Source of the DNA: Laetmonice hystrix
Taxonomy: Eukaryota
Reading direction: 5' to 3'
Length of the DNA: 64,000 nucleotides
Assembly (NCBI GenBank): GCA_965235115.1
Contig: OZ249436.1
Coordinates: 55,802,001 to 55,866,000, forward strand
Shown: positions 51,009 through 64,000 of the stretch, piece after piece
How positions within the stretch are numbered: position 1 is the stretch's first letter
Layout: every line of letters starts with the position of its first letter
Translations under genes and position numbers: made by a program
The notes under the pieces: model-generated
What the model saw: the letters and a program-made list of their open reading frames with translations, nothing else
What the model was told of the DNA's origin: nothing
The model's database searches: none

Positions 51009-51275
51009 ATGGCCGCCATGGTGATGAGAACGGTGCAAAGACAGGTGAATCCGACCGTTCTTATCCGTTCAGGCACTCATATCGTGCCTAAACGGAACGT
51101 GGTGGCCACCGCAACAGGGGCAGTCTTAGACAAGCCCCGGAAAACAGGTTTTGGGGTGGTGAAGGTGCTCTGTACGGTGGTCCCGTTCTTGTGGGCTGGA
51201 GCGACGATGAGCAAGAATGCGGCTGCCTTCCTCGAAGAGAACGATATATTTGTTCCCGACGATGACGATGACTGA
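51009..51275 (+). CDS. SMDT1: Essential MCU regulator EMRE (mitochondrial calcium uniporter subunit), 88 aa, single coding exon
   Basis: MAAMVMRTVQRQ... basic N-terminal targeting-type sequence, then TGAVLDKPRKTGFGVVKVLCTVVPFLWAGATMSKNAAAFLEENDIFVPDDDDD: a single TM helix and the acidic tail typical of EMRE. ATG is in strong context (AAGATGG). Confidence 0.95.
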   Translation: MAAMVMRTVQRQVNPTVLIRSGTHIVPKRNVVATATGAVLDKPRKTGFGVVKVLCTVVPFLWAGATMSKNAAAFLEENDIFVPDDDDD

Positions 51276-54200
51276 GCGACACACAGGAGGAAGGGTCCAA
51301 AATACTCTTTCGTCTTTCAAGGTGTGTTGCATATTGCGGGTAATGAGGTTTTTGTTTTGTAAACAAAGCACGGAAGTGGCGTATCCAGAAATTTTTTAAG
51401 GGGGGCTTAGGACTAGGCATGGTTCCCTGGTAGTCCAGGAACCTAGACCCTGTTTCTGCTAGTTTGTTGTCAACAGGGTCTAGGAGTTAAGCTTTAAAAT
51501 CCAGTGGCACCTTGCCACGCCTACCCCCGTGGCAAACTTCACTGGCTTCACTCACTCACTACGACTGACTCATTACACTAACTGACTCTACCGGTGACAG
51601 CAGACACCTTTTTCTCTCTCTTCACACCATTATTGGGGTATGTTGATTAATACTGAGTTCGTGTGCGGCTGTCGTTTGCAACCCTCTCCGAAATCGTCGA
51701 TGAATCTGTCGCCATCTTGATTCGAATTGGGTTAGCGGTGACGTCATGGCCATGTTTCTGGTAAAAGTGGAATCGCAATGGGAAGTGAACAGCACCACGC
51801 TGGCTGGGAATCTGCGTGGTTCGTTCCGCCTGGCGGCCACATAACAATTCATATGTTCATGACCACTCGGTCAATCCAACATGGCTATACTTCCGTTCGA
51901 CGGTTGTGTGTGCAAAGAGAACAGGCAAAACCGTGCACAAAAGTATGCTTTATAAAGACCACAACGCAACACATCACCGTGAATCCTACATTAATATCTT
52001 TTGTATCTACTTGGCAAGTTTTACCACCCGGAGTGATCCCAAAAGGAAGTTATCAGTCGCCGAATGAGGCGAACCCCGGTCACTCGAACGTTCAATGCGG
52101 TTGCCACGCGCTTTTTCGATTCAACTGCCAGAGTCTGATACACATATCAGATATCAGACTCTGGCTTGTTGGAGTAGGTTCCCTGGGAATTAAAAATAAA
52201 GGACATAATGCAATCTCGGGACATCGTGTAAAATAATGCATTTTACACCCCCTTTTTGTACCAAAATGTCCCTAATATAGTATTTTTTAGGGGGGGTTCC
52301 AGGACACTTGGAAACCCCCCTGGATACGCCACTGGAAGAGATGGCATGGCATGACCTACTCCAACAAGTCAGAGTCCTAAACCTAGTCCTAACGTCCATA
52401 CAGACTCTGACCGTCGAGGACAAATGCGCCAGCGACTGCTATGCTGCCGGGGTTCTATCTCGGTCCTATCGCGCATCATCGCCTCAAAGTCATGTTTCAG
52501 ACCACTTTTGGTACTGAAACTTGCTGAGAGTACACAAAAGAGGTTACTTCAACAGATACGTAAATGTATTTTGTTGGATGTTATCTTAGTAGGTGAAATT
52601 CTCAGTTTGTTTGGTCAAATACAGCGCAGCGCGGGTGACGAGGGGTGACCCAGTTTATCGCGTGTGCGTATTTTCGACCTCTAGAGTGGATCCGGAACGG
52701 ACCGCATAAGTAGGTCGCGCTCTGTTGAAGCAGACGCTGACGGCACAGAGTGAAGCTACCCGTTTCGGGTACCAGTAGCGATCTAACCTTTATCAGTTCC
52801 CGGTCACTCGGTGCACTGCAGATGGCTGACGGACCTACGGACCCGACATGCTCGTAAACAACCGGACCGTGTGGACGTTATATTTGTCCAATAATTATAA
52901 TCAAGGTCGGAATAGAAATTTCAATACCGTGGCTCTCTATAAAAATCGATTTCATACTCCGTGGAAGAAGTTTAGTACCAAAACGAAGGCCGCAAAGTTG
53001 CGATGACGGACCTCTTCGCAGAGCGTCGATGAGTCGCTAGGCCAGCGTCACTCGACAACTAAACGGTGTTCTGGAAGACACCGTTTAGAAACTGAACTAG
53101 GCATGACCAAACTATCCTGGCATGATCGATGACTCGTGAGTCGTGTCTGTGGACGGTCTTGAGTCGTAGGGTGTGGACAGTGGACAGGTGAATGTGTCCG
53201 TCTCCCATTGACAGGTGTCATTCTCGGCAGTTGTGTACCACCATGCTCGTCCGATCCCTTCTTCTTTCCTGTATAATAAAGTATAATTTAGTTTATTTCT
53301 AGGTTGCAAAGTTTTAAAAACATCAAAGAAAATTAAGTTGAGTTGTTTCCAGAACGACTTTTGGCAGCAGGTTTGCATTTACTCTCTCTTTTTTATGTTG
53401 CAGGACTTATTTTGATGACGGAAACAAGGTCCATGGCACAAGAGCTGAATTAATACAGATGTAGCCTCATCATCTCAGCCATACGGATCTGCAAGTGCCA
53501 GCCACTCCTGCTGGGAATGCAATATGACAATATAAAGGAGATATCAACATGGGTTTGAACCTGCCGAGCCTAGGCTAATGGAATCATACCATTGGGTTTA
53601 GACCACCTATGCAAGTTGTGGATACTGTGGCAAGATTCCAGGATGATACACAGCCAGGCCCAGTGATGTCAAAGCAGAAAACATCTTGTGACAGTTTTTC
53701 CTCCCAGACAGGTCATCTTGACTTGTTGATGAGCAATAATGGAAACTTAATTAGAACATTCATAATTTCCTTCAACATATTCCTATGTATTTATTCTTTC
53801 ATACTCTTCTTTTTTTTTCGGAGTTAGTGCCAGTCTCTTATGGCAGAGCACACCCTAGGCCTAATCTTGGTTCTTCAGGATTTCCATAATTGCACCTCCA
53901 ATGTGATATGTAGATAATATACATACAAATTGATGTTCTTATACTGATTTATCATGTAACTCATCGGATGTTATGTAGTATGGGGCCAACCCCCTCCTGA
54001 TTAATAAATCATAAAGTGTAACTGACAAGTGTAAGTGTTTTACATAGGCCTACCAAATATTTAAGTGTGTTATAACTTTTTCTTTGCCATGAGAAATGCA
54101 GCAAGTAAGGTGCATAACACAGGAAATAATCGATGGGGAAATTCTCTCGGGTGACCTACCAAACTCTTGCTAAAAGGGCATAGGGTCCTCTGTGTGCTGT

Positions 54201-56085
54201 GAATATCCCCTCACAGGTTGGGCTGGGATGCCGGGAGTCCTGGCCAGCAGACCATGACCAGTTGGCCTACATACCCAGGCCAGGTCCAACACCCCAGCCA
54301 GGGCCCGACCAGCAGAGCTCTGGATACCAACACTCCAGTATGAGTGAGGCCCGAGAGTTCATCCCCAGGTGGCTGGTGGGACCGAGGCGAAGACCAAGAC
54401 ACTGACACGTCTGGGGGATTGGATCCGATGATCACCAGCCCACCTGACTGGATTTTCCGGTTGCCAGGATAAATTTCCAGAATCCCCAGCGATACACACC
54501 TCATGGCTTACCATAAACCAGGGATGAAACTGTGCCAGAGTGAACTCGTGTCATGATTGAGTTTCCTCCCATTTTACTGTTGTTTCAGATAGAGCTGTGC
54601 ATGGCATGGTTGCAAATCAGAGAGAAATTCCTCCACATGAGTGGGGGATATTATTGTGACCTGGTTTTACTCAGGTGCAATGACATCTGAAAGGAATGGT
54701 GTGAAGTGTGTGCACTACATCACAATTTCTGGTCCGACAGCGTTACAGCTGTCAGCAATTTTAACACATCCAGTCAAACACGATGGTGATTTTAGATAAT
54801 AGGAGATTTTGCCTATTAAAGGGAAAAAACGTTTAGAGCTAATTTCTTAGAAAAAAAATTAACACAATATTCGTTTTAAGCTTTATTTCATACAAGTAGA
54901 CTGATTAACATTCCTTGAATCTGTGCCAAACTGTACAAAATGTAGAACCCGCCATAGAGGCTTCTGCTGGCACATACAACTGTAAGGATTTTTTTTAAAC
55001 ACTTATATAAAGGGAGTCAAATAGAAACATTTGCTAGATACAGTGGGTCCGTGGGTAATTTGTTGTACATGTACTTGTAATGAATTGACAATCACTCACA
55101 ATACTCTTATTTTTTGGAGTACAACCATGGGTCACAATTATTCGTCAATCAACACTTTGCTTTTACAAAATAGTTTCTTTCAATCACATCAACTCAAAAC
55201 ACCACAATCATACTTTCATATACATGTACCAGATATTTCCTTTCATTTGGTTTCAAATTTACATTTAATATACCGTGTACATATGTATGCCCAAACCATA
55301 GTTTGCTATGTAGTCAAATGACCTTGAGGGTACTAACACATTGCTGTCGCAGAAAAAAACTGCATAAGGAAATTCTGCATAAGGTGAAGCTGCATATAAA
55401 GATTACGGACCTCATAGGCCAGTATAATAACATACTGTTTACGTCTCTGGTTTATGTCTCTGGTTTTAACAAAGCATATTATTAAAAGTCATGAAAATAT
55501 ATATCATACCATGATATTCAATATTGCCCAATTATAACAAATCGATTGAGCCTTGTGAATATGGTGGGGAAGGGCAAATGCAAATACATGTAAACGCAGT
55601 GGATATTGACATGCTTAATGCCACATGAATAAATAGAAAAATATGCCATGGTAAGTTTGCCTGATCTCAGGGTAATGAGTAATAATTGTCAAGGGTTTTT
55701 GCCCGTACTTTAACACAAAAGAGGTTCTATCCAAAGGTTATTTATATACATATTTATATGAACTTTGAATAAACCTCCCCATGGAAATGGCTATATAAAA
55801 GTACAAACACAAAGTGCCACAGCATCTCGCCTTCCAATATTTCCAATTCCTGTAATCTGTTTTAACCCCCAAAATTAAAATAGTACCAGTTGGTATGTGG
55901 CTATCTCGAGCTTTTATCGAGCATATACCATTAAAAAGTAGTGCAGAATGAATTAAAATCGTTCCAGGCTTGCTGCACATTGTTCAGTGTGAAGATGTAC
56001 CGGTACATGTATAAACCAGCACATTTTGATTTCCTGTGCACGTTATAACCTTCTCAGCATTTTTTATTAATCTAAGAACCAGGTA

Positions 56086-59000
56086 TTACTTTAGCGTTTC
56101 CCGGTGTTTAGACCATCCATGGAAGCATTTGGTGAAGTTGCGCGTTTCTTTTTGCTTGAGAGCTAAAACAAGTTTCCTGGGCTGCTGTGGTTGTTTGTTC
56201 CGTAAATGCTGGATGTATACCTGAAAAAAGTCAGTATAATATATTATAACTGCATCAGAAACCCTTTTATTGTAAAGGTGCAAAGGATTACATATAAATT
56301 AGTACAATTGCCAAAGAATCACAAAGGTAATGAAATAGGTTGTGCCACGGTTACCATGGGGTATCCACCCAACAGGTCTTTCTTTACTGAAGCCAATATT
56401 TCTTGTAATAGCAATTCAGTATATGTTAAAAATTGTCACTAGTCCCACCTACCTGTGCACTTTTGAAGGATAACTTAATCTCCACATCTGACGTCCTTTT
56501 ACCTATCCAGAGGTAGACCTGCTCCCCATTGTCTAGGATCATTACGTCATCATCAGCCAGGTCATCCTTTAAATCATAAAGTGTTGTTAGTTTGTAGTAA
56601 TGTGTCCCTTCGTATTTATGATGGCGTTCTTTGAAAGACTATCATTACTTAAACTGTCTAACCGATAACAAGGAAAAAAACATGTTCCACTTTGCCCATT
56701 TAAAATAGGATTTGGAAATTACGGTCACGTAGACTTTCATGAAATGGACATAGAGCACAGGGATCTTTACTGGTTTATTCTACGACCATTTTCTGGAAGA
56801 AAATAGAACTCACCTGGCAAAAGTCTGAGCACTTTTCAGAAACAGTGAAGTATCCTTTCTCGTTAGAGCAGCGGAACAGCCTAGCATATTGCATATACTT
56901 TGCATGCTGAAAAGAAAAACCATTCTAAGGTGGCAATAATCTTCTTTGCATTCTTCGATATTTACAACTGATTAGGTCATTCCAGCATTCTAAACAAGGG
57001 TATGCTCTAACAAAATAGGCCAAACTCCTAAGCTAGATCTTTCACACAAACTTTAATAAATTACAAATTTTTGATTACTTGGGACTCCTGTGGCATTACC
57101 TTATCGTATTTCCGGCGGCCTCCCAGGCCGACCCAAAAGAAGTTCTCTGGTTCTTCACCTTCACTAAGAATTTGAATGGTGTGCGTCTCCTAGAGGTAGA
57201 GAGAACAAGTCAGTCTGTAAAATTGCAATTAGGTTAAATACAAAACAAAAGAATACACTCAGAAATACCGGAAATATGGTTTACATCCTTGTGAGAAAAG
57301 CGAGGCCTTTTTAGTCTGAACGTTCATGTGGCAGCAAAGATTGCTACCAGTCATGCCTTAAAATAGCAATTCCATCAAGACTTCTTCATATCCCGATAAG
57401 TTCTCAGAAGTTGTGACCATGATAATCAATGAAAACTTACGTCAAACATATCGCCGGCAATTTCCTCAGCAATGCGTGCCTCCTCAGGGTTACATCGACT
57501 GCCCATCCAGACATAGGCAATTCCCTGGTTTGCTTGACTGTCAAACGGCACCTTCAGGATATAACTGCAATAACATAGTTATAATGTAAACTAGTGAATA
57601 AGTTACCAATATAACAGTAGAATCATCAAATGGCTTAAGTCTTCCACTGAATTCAGTAAATAATACCATGTAAATATTCCTCTTGAAAAAGGCACTTCAG
57701 TGCTGGAACATAGAATGTTTATAGCTAGGGACAACTGACCAGAATTCTGAGTTGAGGTTCTGAGCAGTTGGTGTAATTTGAACACAGCGAGTGGCAATGG
57801 GACTTCCGTTAGACCGCAGGTGATACAGCTCAACTGGAGCACGTTCTCCCTCCTTCTTCACGGCTTTCCTTTTGCCACTGTGGATGATGAATTTCCGCTT
57901 GAAGTGTGAAAGGAACTTCAGGTTCTCTTGTTGCTGTGGGAAAGAATTCGATACTGATGGACACAGTGAGGCATTTTATCTTTCCAAAGTTTTACATGTA
58001 TCCAAGCTTATCAACTATCCAGTGTACATGCCATTATAATGAAGAATTTCATCAATTCTATGAATGCCATCAATTCTACAGGTAGTCAAAAGCTCGAAAA
58101 CTTTTCTTGTGAACAATTTTAATTTCACTCTTAGAAAATACTAGTTTGTATGACAATCTTAATCCTTAGGGCTACTGAGGCCTGACTAGTTGTCATTTTC
58201 ACTCACTTGATGTTGTCTGACAACCTCTAACTTGTCACCAAACAAAGCCTCAAACTTCTTCTGTAAGCTGTAAAAAAAGTTATTGCTTAGTGATCAATCA
58301 ATCTTATTTGTGAAAATCGGGGGGAAAAGATCCATGAAGAATAGAAAAGGTTGGCTTTGTTTATGTATGCAGTGTAATGGATTCCCCTGGAAGCTAAGTG
58401 AAGATACTCTAAACAGCTTGGTCTGGGTTTACCTGAAGGTGAAGGTAAGCCAGCCCATATTGGATGCCTGCCGACCTTGCCAGAAGTACACCACACACTT
58501 GAAGTCGTCCTCAGGCAGGTTGTCATCGTCATCCTTGGAGCTCGTCTTGTCCTGGCTATCTCCCTGGTTGTTACTTGTCCCCGTACCCCCGCCCCCGCTC
58601 GGTTCCTCCTCCAACGGCACCCAGTACCGACACAAGAACACATAGCAGTCCTCCGAGTAGAAGTGGCCGATCTCCTCCTCTGGTAGGCGTACAAACTTTT
58701 TGCCTTCCAGGACGAAGGATTCCATTCCATCCAAGTCCTCGTTCCACTCCATCATTAGTTGTTCCTATAGCCGAGAAGTGACAGTATCTCTCTATGGTTA
58801 CAGTGTAGAGAAATGATAATGTTCAGGGGTAAACTTCAGGTTTTTGCATCAGCTGCAGCAGCACTGTGAATCCTAGCCTCAGTTTAACCCTAACAATAAA
58901 CTTTGTCATTCATTCCTCCTGTAGATTTTGTTTATAGATATTAGGAACGTACACATGCCTATTCTGTAGTTTTATCATGTCACATTCATTTCTTGCAAGA

Positions 59001-62000
59001 TACTTCAGGAAAGATAGGACTTTGGGAGAATATTACACATCCAAGAAAGAAGAGTTTCTAACAAGTATGTTGCAATTCCCCCTGACTCTGCCCTAACTAA
59101 ATGGATGGGCCCCGACTTACCGCTTCCTCGTCTGTCATACGTGGCTGACGTGGCATGAACAATGCCGACAGGTCTGTCTTGATCTGGTCCTTCTTCATGA
59201 TGGCCTACAATCATAGACAAAATTCACATGAATCTTCATGCTACACGCTAGGAATTGCGAGTGGCATCAGCTGCGAAGCCCTGCTAGGGGGAGGGGGGTC
59301 CGGGGGTATGCTCCCCCGGAATAATTTTCAATAACAGACATTAAAATATGCATTTTCCTGCCATTTGAAAGGGACTTTGATTGAAAATAAAACTCATGCC
59401 CAGTGTGATTATAACAGGCTTTTGCCATTTTTTTAAATCAATACTTCAGATTTCAACTTTTGAGCATAGACATTTTCTTTTATTTTCAGGAGATTCTTGA
59501 AGTAATTCAGGAGGAGGGTGGGACTTGCTTTAGAATTTCGGGAGACTCCTGAATAATTCAGGAGGGTTGGCAACACTGCAATATACATTCTGCAACTCTC
59601 TGAGACTTGACGCCAACATTACAGTTGTGATTCAGTTTCCACTGTCAACCCTGAAGCAGTGACTGAATACATGTCTCATGAGCACTGAAGAAACTCAGAA
59701 ACCATTAAAAAGTTATATAATCTTTAATCCAAAATTCTTTTTTTACCTTTAGATCGACTCCCCTCTTGGCTACAGACTCTGATGTACGAGTGTAGTCAAC
59801 GGCGATGACATCATCCCAGCCCCTGAACTTGGTCTTGAAGATCTGTGGTTCTGTGCCCTCAAGGCATCGCGTCACTACAGAATAACTTGGCCGCTTCAAC
59901 ATCTTGCACACCTCCTGAGATAACTTCAGTGCAGCTGCACGTACTAGGCGTGTTGATTTACGGCCAATCCTGAAATTTTCAGAAGAAAACTGTGGGTTTC
60001 CCTTGGGTGATTATGGTCTTTGAATTCCTAAAATGTTGTTCTTTCAACCTGAAGAAATTTCCTGGTACGAATGTTATTCTAACTAACTTACGGGATTAAG
60101 GTCCTTATTTTATCGTGTTCCAGTTTAACTCATGTTTGGGAAAATCTTGTTTATAACTGTCCCAGTATCTAGATAACAAAACTATCACACACTAACCGTG
60201 TATAAATTTTGGTGTTACTTACCAGACAAAAACATCTGACTGACAATCTAGAATATACACTCCTTTTGTGTTGAGGATTTTCTGGGTCAGCTGGTGTTGT
60301 GGCATTTCCACTGCAAACCACAATATGCAGACATATCAGAGATTACCTCTTGCCTGTTAACTTAACATATATTTCCTCCACCTTAAAAATCATTGACAAA
60401 AGAAAGTAGAAGTTCATCAAACAATATTACTTGAATGCCAGGTGAGGACAAACGTTATCTGATTATTAATACTAGTAATATGTAAAGCTCACATGATCCA
60501 AAGATGATGTTTCACATCAAAAACTGACCTTGTGGCAGCTCCAGATACCCCATACCGAGCCCAACTTTGTATAATATTGGCCGCGGTGGAGCCCAGTTGT
60601 CTGGTACATACTCCTTATAATCAAAGCAGAACAAACATTCAGTAATAAAACTTAAATATTGAGTAAGGGCATCAATTTCATTGAATAGAGCCTGAAACAT
60701 TTTTATGATGCTAAGCAAGTTAACTACCCTAAATATTGCCTCACAGCTTTTATTCCCTGAAGATAGCCTGCAAAAGAACAATTTCTAACATTCCTGTCAC
60801 AATCAATCCTATATTGTTATACAAGAGTATAATTTTCTTCCTGATTCAAAGTGATTAGGTATCTAAACCCACATTGATATCCACATTTAGATCTCCTCCA
60901 ACTGTCTGCCAAAATTCATCCGGTTCCTGAATCTGAGGCACATTGATAATCTCAGCCGTAGACTTGCGCTCGTTCTTGTTGATCTTCTCTGCAACCAGCC
61001 TACAGAAAACCAGATGTCATGTTATTCACGCAAGTTTGGCTCATGCACCACAATGCAAACCTTTTGTTTTCAATTTTTTCAAACTACCAAAAATCACTTT
61101 GGGTCCACAAATTGCAAACTTTTCTGTTCTATTTTTCTTTGGCACCTACGTAAAGTTGAAAACTCAAGAATATGACAAATCTGGATTTAGACAGGAGGTA
61201 TTCTGCTCACCTTGCTTTTGACTTGAGCATGAGCTTGGACTTTCTTCCAAGCCAGACATAAATCTTCTTGTTGGCGTCAAGAATAAAGACAAAGCGTGGA
61301 TCAAGGGATGCTTTGGCAAGTGGACACTGAAACATGGCATATAGTCTTGGATACAAACACATCTTGGTAACGTGACACTGACAGGGACAGATAGCAGCTA
61401 ATGTCACTGTGCACACCTACAAGAACAACAACTTTAAACAGCTAGACTGGATTTTCAACAAACACACTTACAACATCCAGCCGAATTTTCTTTTCTCCAG
61501 ATACACGATAGAGGCGGGTGCTGGTTTCCTAGAAGAAAAAATAGCGAAGACAGCTGAGTAGGGTGATTTATACTGCTTTAAACCCTATTAGTATGTTCTT
61601 TCAAAACATATATGGCTCTGAATTCCAAACCTGGTAAAAAGTCTTCATCACAATTTAAACAAAAACCCTTACCAAACCCTTATTCACACAATATGGATTA
61701 ATAATACCGACCGTTTCCTCAGTGCTGTAAAAACCACTAGCAGTTCGTCCACCCTCAATGTATGACACTTCATTTTCAAACTGGTCAAGAAATTCGTCAC
61801 TTTCGTCATTCATTTCTTCGCGAATAGTCCTACATTCAGCACCCAATAAATTACGGAGGTTGACTGCATGGATGGCTGCACAGGCTTTCTTATCCAACTG
61901 AAGAGCAAGATTTAGGGCATAATTTTAGAACAGTCACAAACAGGTTTTACCTGTACATGTATTCCGGCTGGCCTTGTTAACACTTACAGCTGTAGATCCA

Positions 62001-62345
62001 AATCCAAACTGAACTAGGTAGTAAAAAGACACCAGTAAAACCTCAACAAACTTTGTTTCCCACGATAGCTAGTTATCATACCTCACTTCATTTAAGTTAC
62101 CGAAGTAACAGGATAGTGTATGGTCGAGCCATTTACATGGTAGTAGTTCTACTTCCCAGTATAAGCTGGTTTTATTGCTGTTTTCAATCATACAATTTTA
62201 ACAATAGTTATTAACTTAAGAACAAAACTTACTGTTGTACTCTCACCAATCCAGTACCAAATTTGCCAATTAAGGTTGCCAGTGTCATCAATGTAAGTTT
62301 TCAGGATGATGTAACAGTCAGCTTCATAGAATTTGCCAATGAGCG
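56086..62345 (-). CDS. FLII: Flightless-1 homolog, 3' portion (gelsolin repeats, ~740 codons, 17 exons); LRR-coding 5' exons lie beyond the window
   Basis: Exons: 62345-62233, 61897-61712, 61528-61472, 61326-61211, 60999-60873, 60613-60529, 60310-60223, 59969-59747, 59204-59121, 58764-58433, 58267-58207, 57933-57740, 57564-57441, 57189-57100, 56906-56814, 56566-56453, 56220-56086. Peptides: [139 protein letters not shown]. Minus-strand AATAAA at 54882-54887. Confidence 0.96.
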
Positions 62346-64000
62346 CTGTAAAAGCAAGAGTGGGTCAAATATCAGATTACAGCAGTCACTAGTTTGGTCT
62401 TTTAAAATATCTCATGAGAAAATGTAACTTAAGAACATAGAACATAAATGTCTAGATTTCTTCTGGGAAACACCTAATAACTCATATCAACTGGGAAGGA
62501 CAGGGTGCCATACTTAGGACGATGAGAAAAATTCTCCTGTCATCAGGATAATCACAGGAGAAAGGCAAAGTGCATGAGCAGTGCAGGACGGGAGCATAAC
62601 GTATAATTGTTACAGTGTTGAAAAGGGGTAACCTTGTATATCTTTAGTACGCATCCTCATTCAATGATTGCTCTTTTATTTTTGTGGATTTTTTTTCCTT
62701 TCTTTTTTTCAGATGATGCCAAGGTACCGGTACCGCTACAGATCTGTCATTGGACAAATCCAACACTCACACACAGAAACAGGAGAACACATCCAACTCT
62801 ATGATTATTCAATATTCAATGTTTAAGGCCTGCTTATTTTCATACAGAAGACATTGTTCTGTTCACAATCAAAAGGCTCATTTATTGCCATAATCATAGC
62901 AACCTCAAGAGCATCTCATGTATATATTATGAGCTAAAAAAGACATGGTTTCTTTTTCTAGCACTGCTTCATGAAAAGGATTTTAGAATGCCTTTTCAAT
63001 GAATACAACCATTTCAAGTTTGCAGTAATGCAATGCTGAGTTCCATTGCATCACTATTGTTGAGGTTTGTTGGTTTGACAAGCTGTCGACATGTCGCACC
63101 TTCCATGAGAGTGCGATGTCAATAATGCCAATTAAATGGGACGGTTCAAGAAGAAAAAGCAGAAAGTTATGGCCACAAAAGGTCACTTGTACTTACAAGA
63201 AGGAATGTCGCAAGTTTGAACGACTACGGTGTAAGAATAGGGCACAGATGTTAAACTATACATGTGATATCAAATTAAAAAAAGAGGGGGAGGAAAAAAA
63301 TGGAAGTCAAATGATACCAGACACCAAAAATTATAAGAAAGCAAGACGCCTACTATAGCACCTTTAACCTGATGACAATATTAAATCTAGGTCATTCTAG
63401 CAGTACAAAGCCCAAACTAATTTTTGGTCAAATAAAAATATACCAGAAAATGAAGCCAATCATCACTAGAACCATCAATAATGAATAACAACAATGAAGA
63501 AATCTCCCGTTTTTTATATCTTTCAAACACTTTTCTAAACACTGATGAAGTATGAATGAAACTTATTATCAAGTACATAATCTCTCCCCCCCCCCCCGCA
63601 TTAAAAATACTTTTGACAAAAGATTTATACATTTAAAGCTTTATAATTTTTACATTTTTCCTCAAAAGACCAATTAATAAATGTCAAGAGCTAATTTTCC
63701 CCCTTTTGTCCTGAGTCTCATGGACCAAAAGACCAGTCCCCAAACGTCATGTTGCACTTTTCAAACGAATACAGATTACTGTGTGAAACAAGTAGAAAAA
63801 CCTGAGGCATCAATTTACAGTTGCATTGATTAAACTGTCACTGACCATATGCTAGGCTAGGCTAGGCTGCTGAACCTAGTAACGTACATGTACACTTAGT
63901 AATAATGCTTCTTATCCTGGCCCGATTCCACCCTTGACTTTCACATGCTGGTCACCTCTGGAGCTTGTTTTTAGGTCCACCTACATGCTACGTAGGTGTA

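Noticed and set aside
62348..64000. Further FLII exons or intronic snoRNAs
   Set aside because: I found no recognisable FLII peptide and no paired C/D boxes; treated as intron.

Overview
Eukaryotic, intron-rich DNA from a bilaterian invertebrate, possibly a lophotrochozoan (the taxon cannot be fixed from sequence alone). I built five protein-coding genes by hand from splice sites and reading-frame continuity. (1) A 21-exon EF-hand + WD40 gene of the WDR49/CFAP337/EFCAB8/WDY type (+, 4203-20169). (2) B9D1 (+, 6 exons). (3) UBE2O (-, 20 exons, one GC-AG intron, one candidate cassette exon). (4) SMDT1/EMRE (+, intronless CDS), head-to-head with UBE2O. (5) The 3' part of FLII (-, 17 exons; 5' end outside the window). 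Introns and intergenic DNA are full of non-autonomous DNA transposons: Kolobok (one with a decayed THAP ORF), Harbinger-like, Tc1/pogo-like, Academ-like, CAG...CTG MITEs with 5-bp TSDs, and a TACGG-terminated group. There is also a 52-bp minisatellite with higher-order structure, several long hairpins, CTCF-like sites and a strong excess of the palindrome TAGGCCTA. I found no prokaryotic-type system and no CRISPR array. The best leads are the inverted repeats bracketing the UBE2O-exon1/SMDT1 cassette, a possible 3'UTR intron of SMDT1 with donors on either side of the NMD boundary, the decayed BACK-like intronless block at the window start, and apparent ancient gene linkage.
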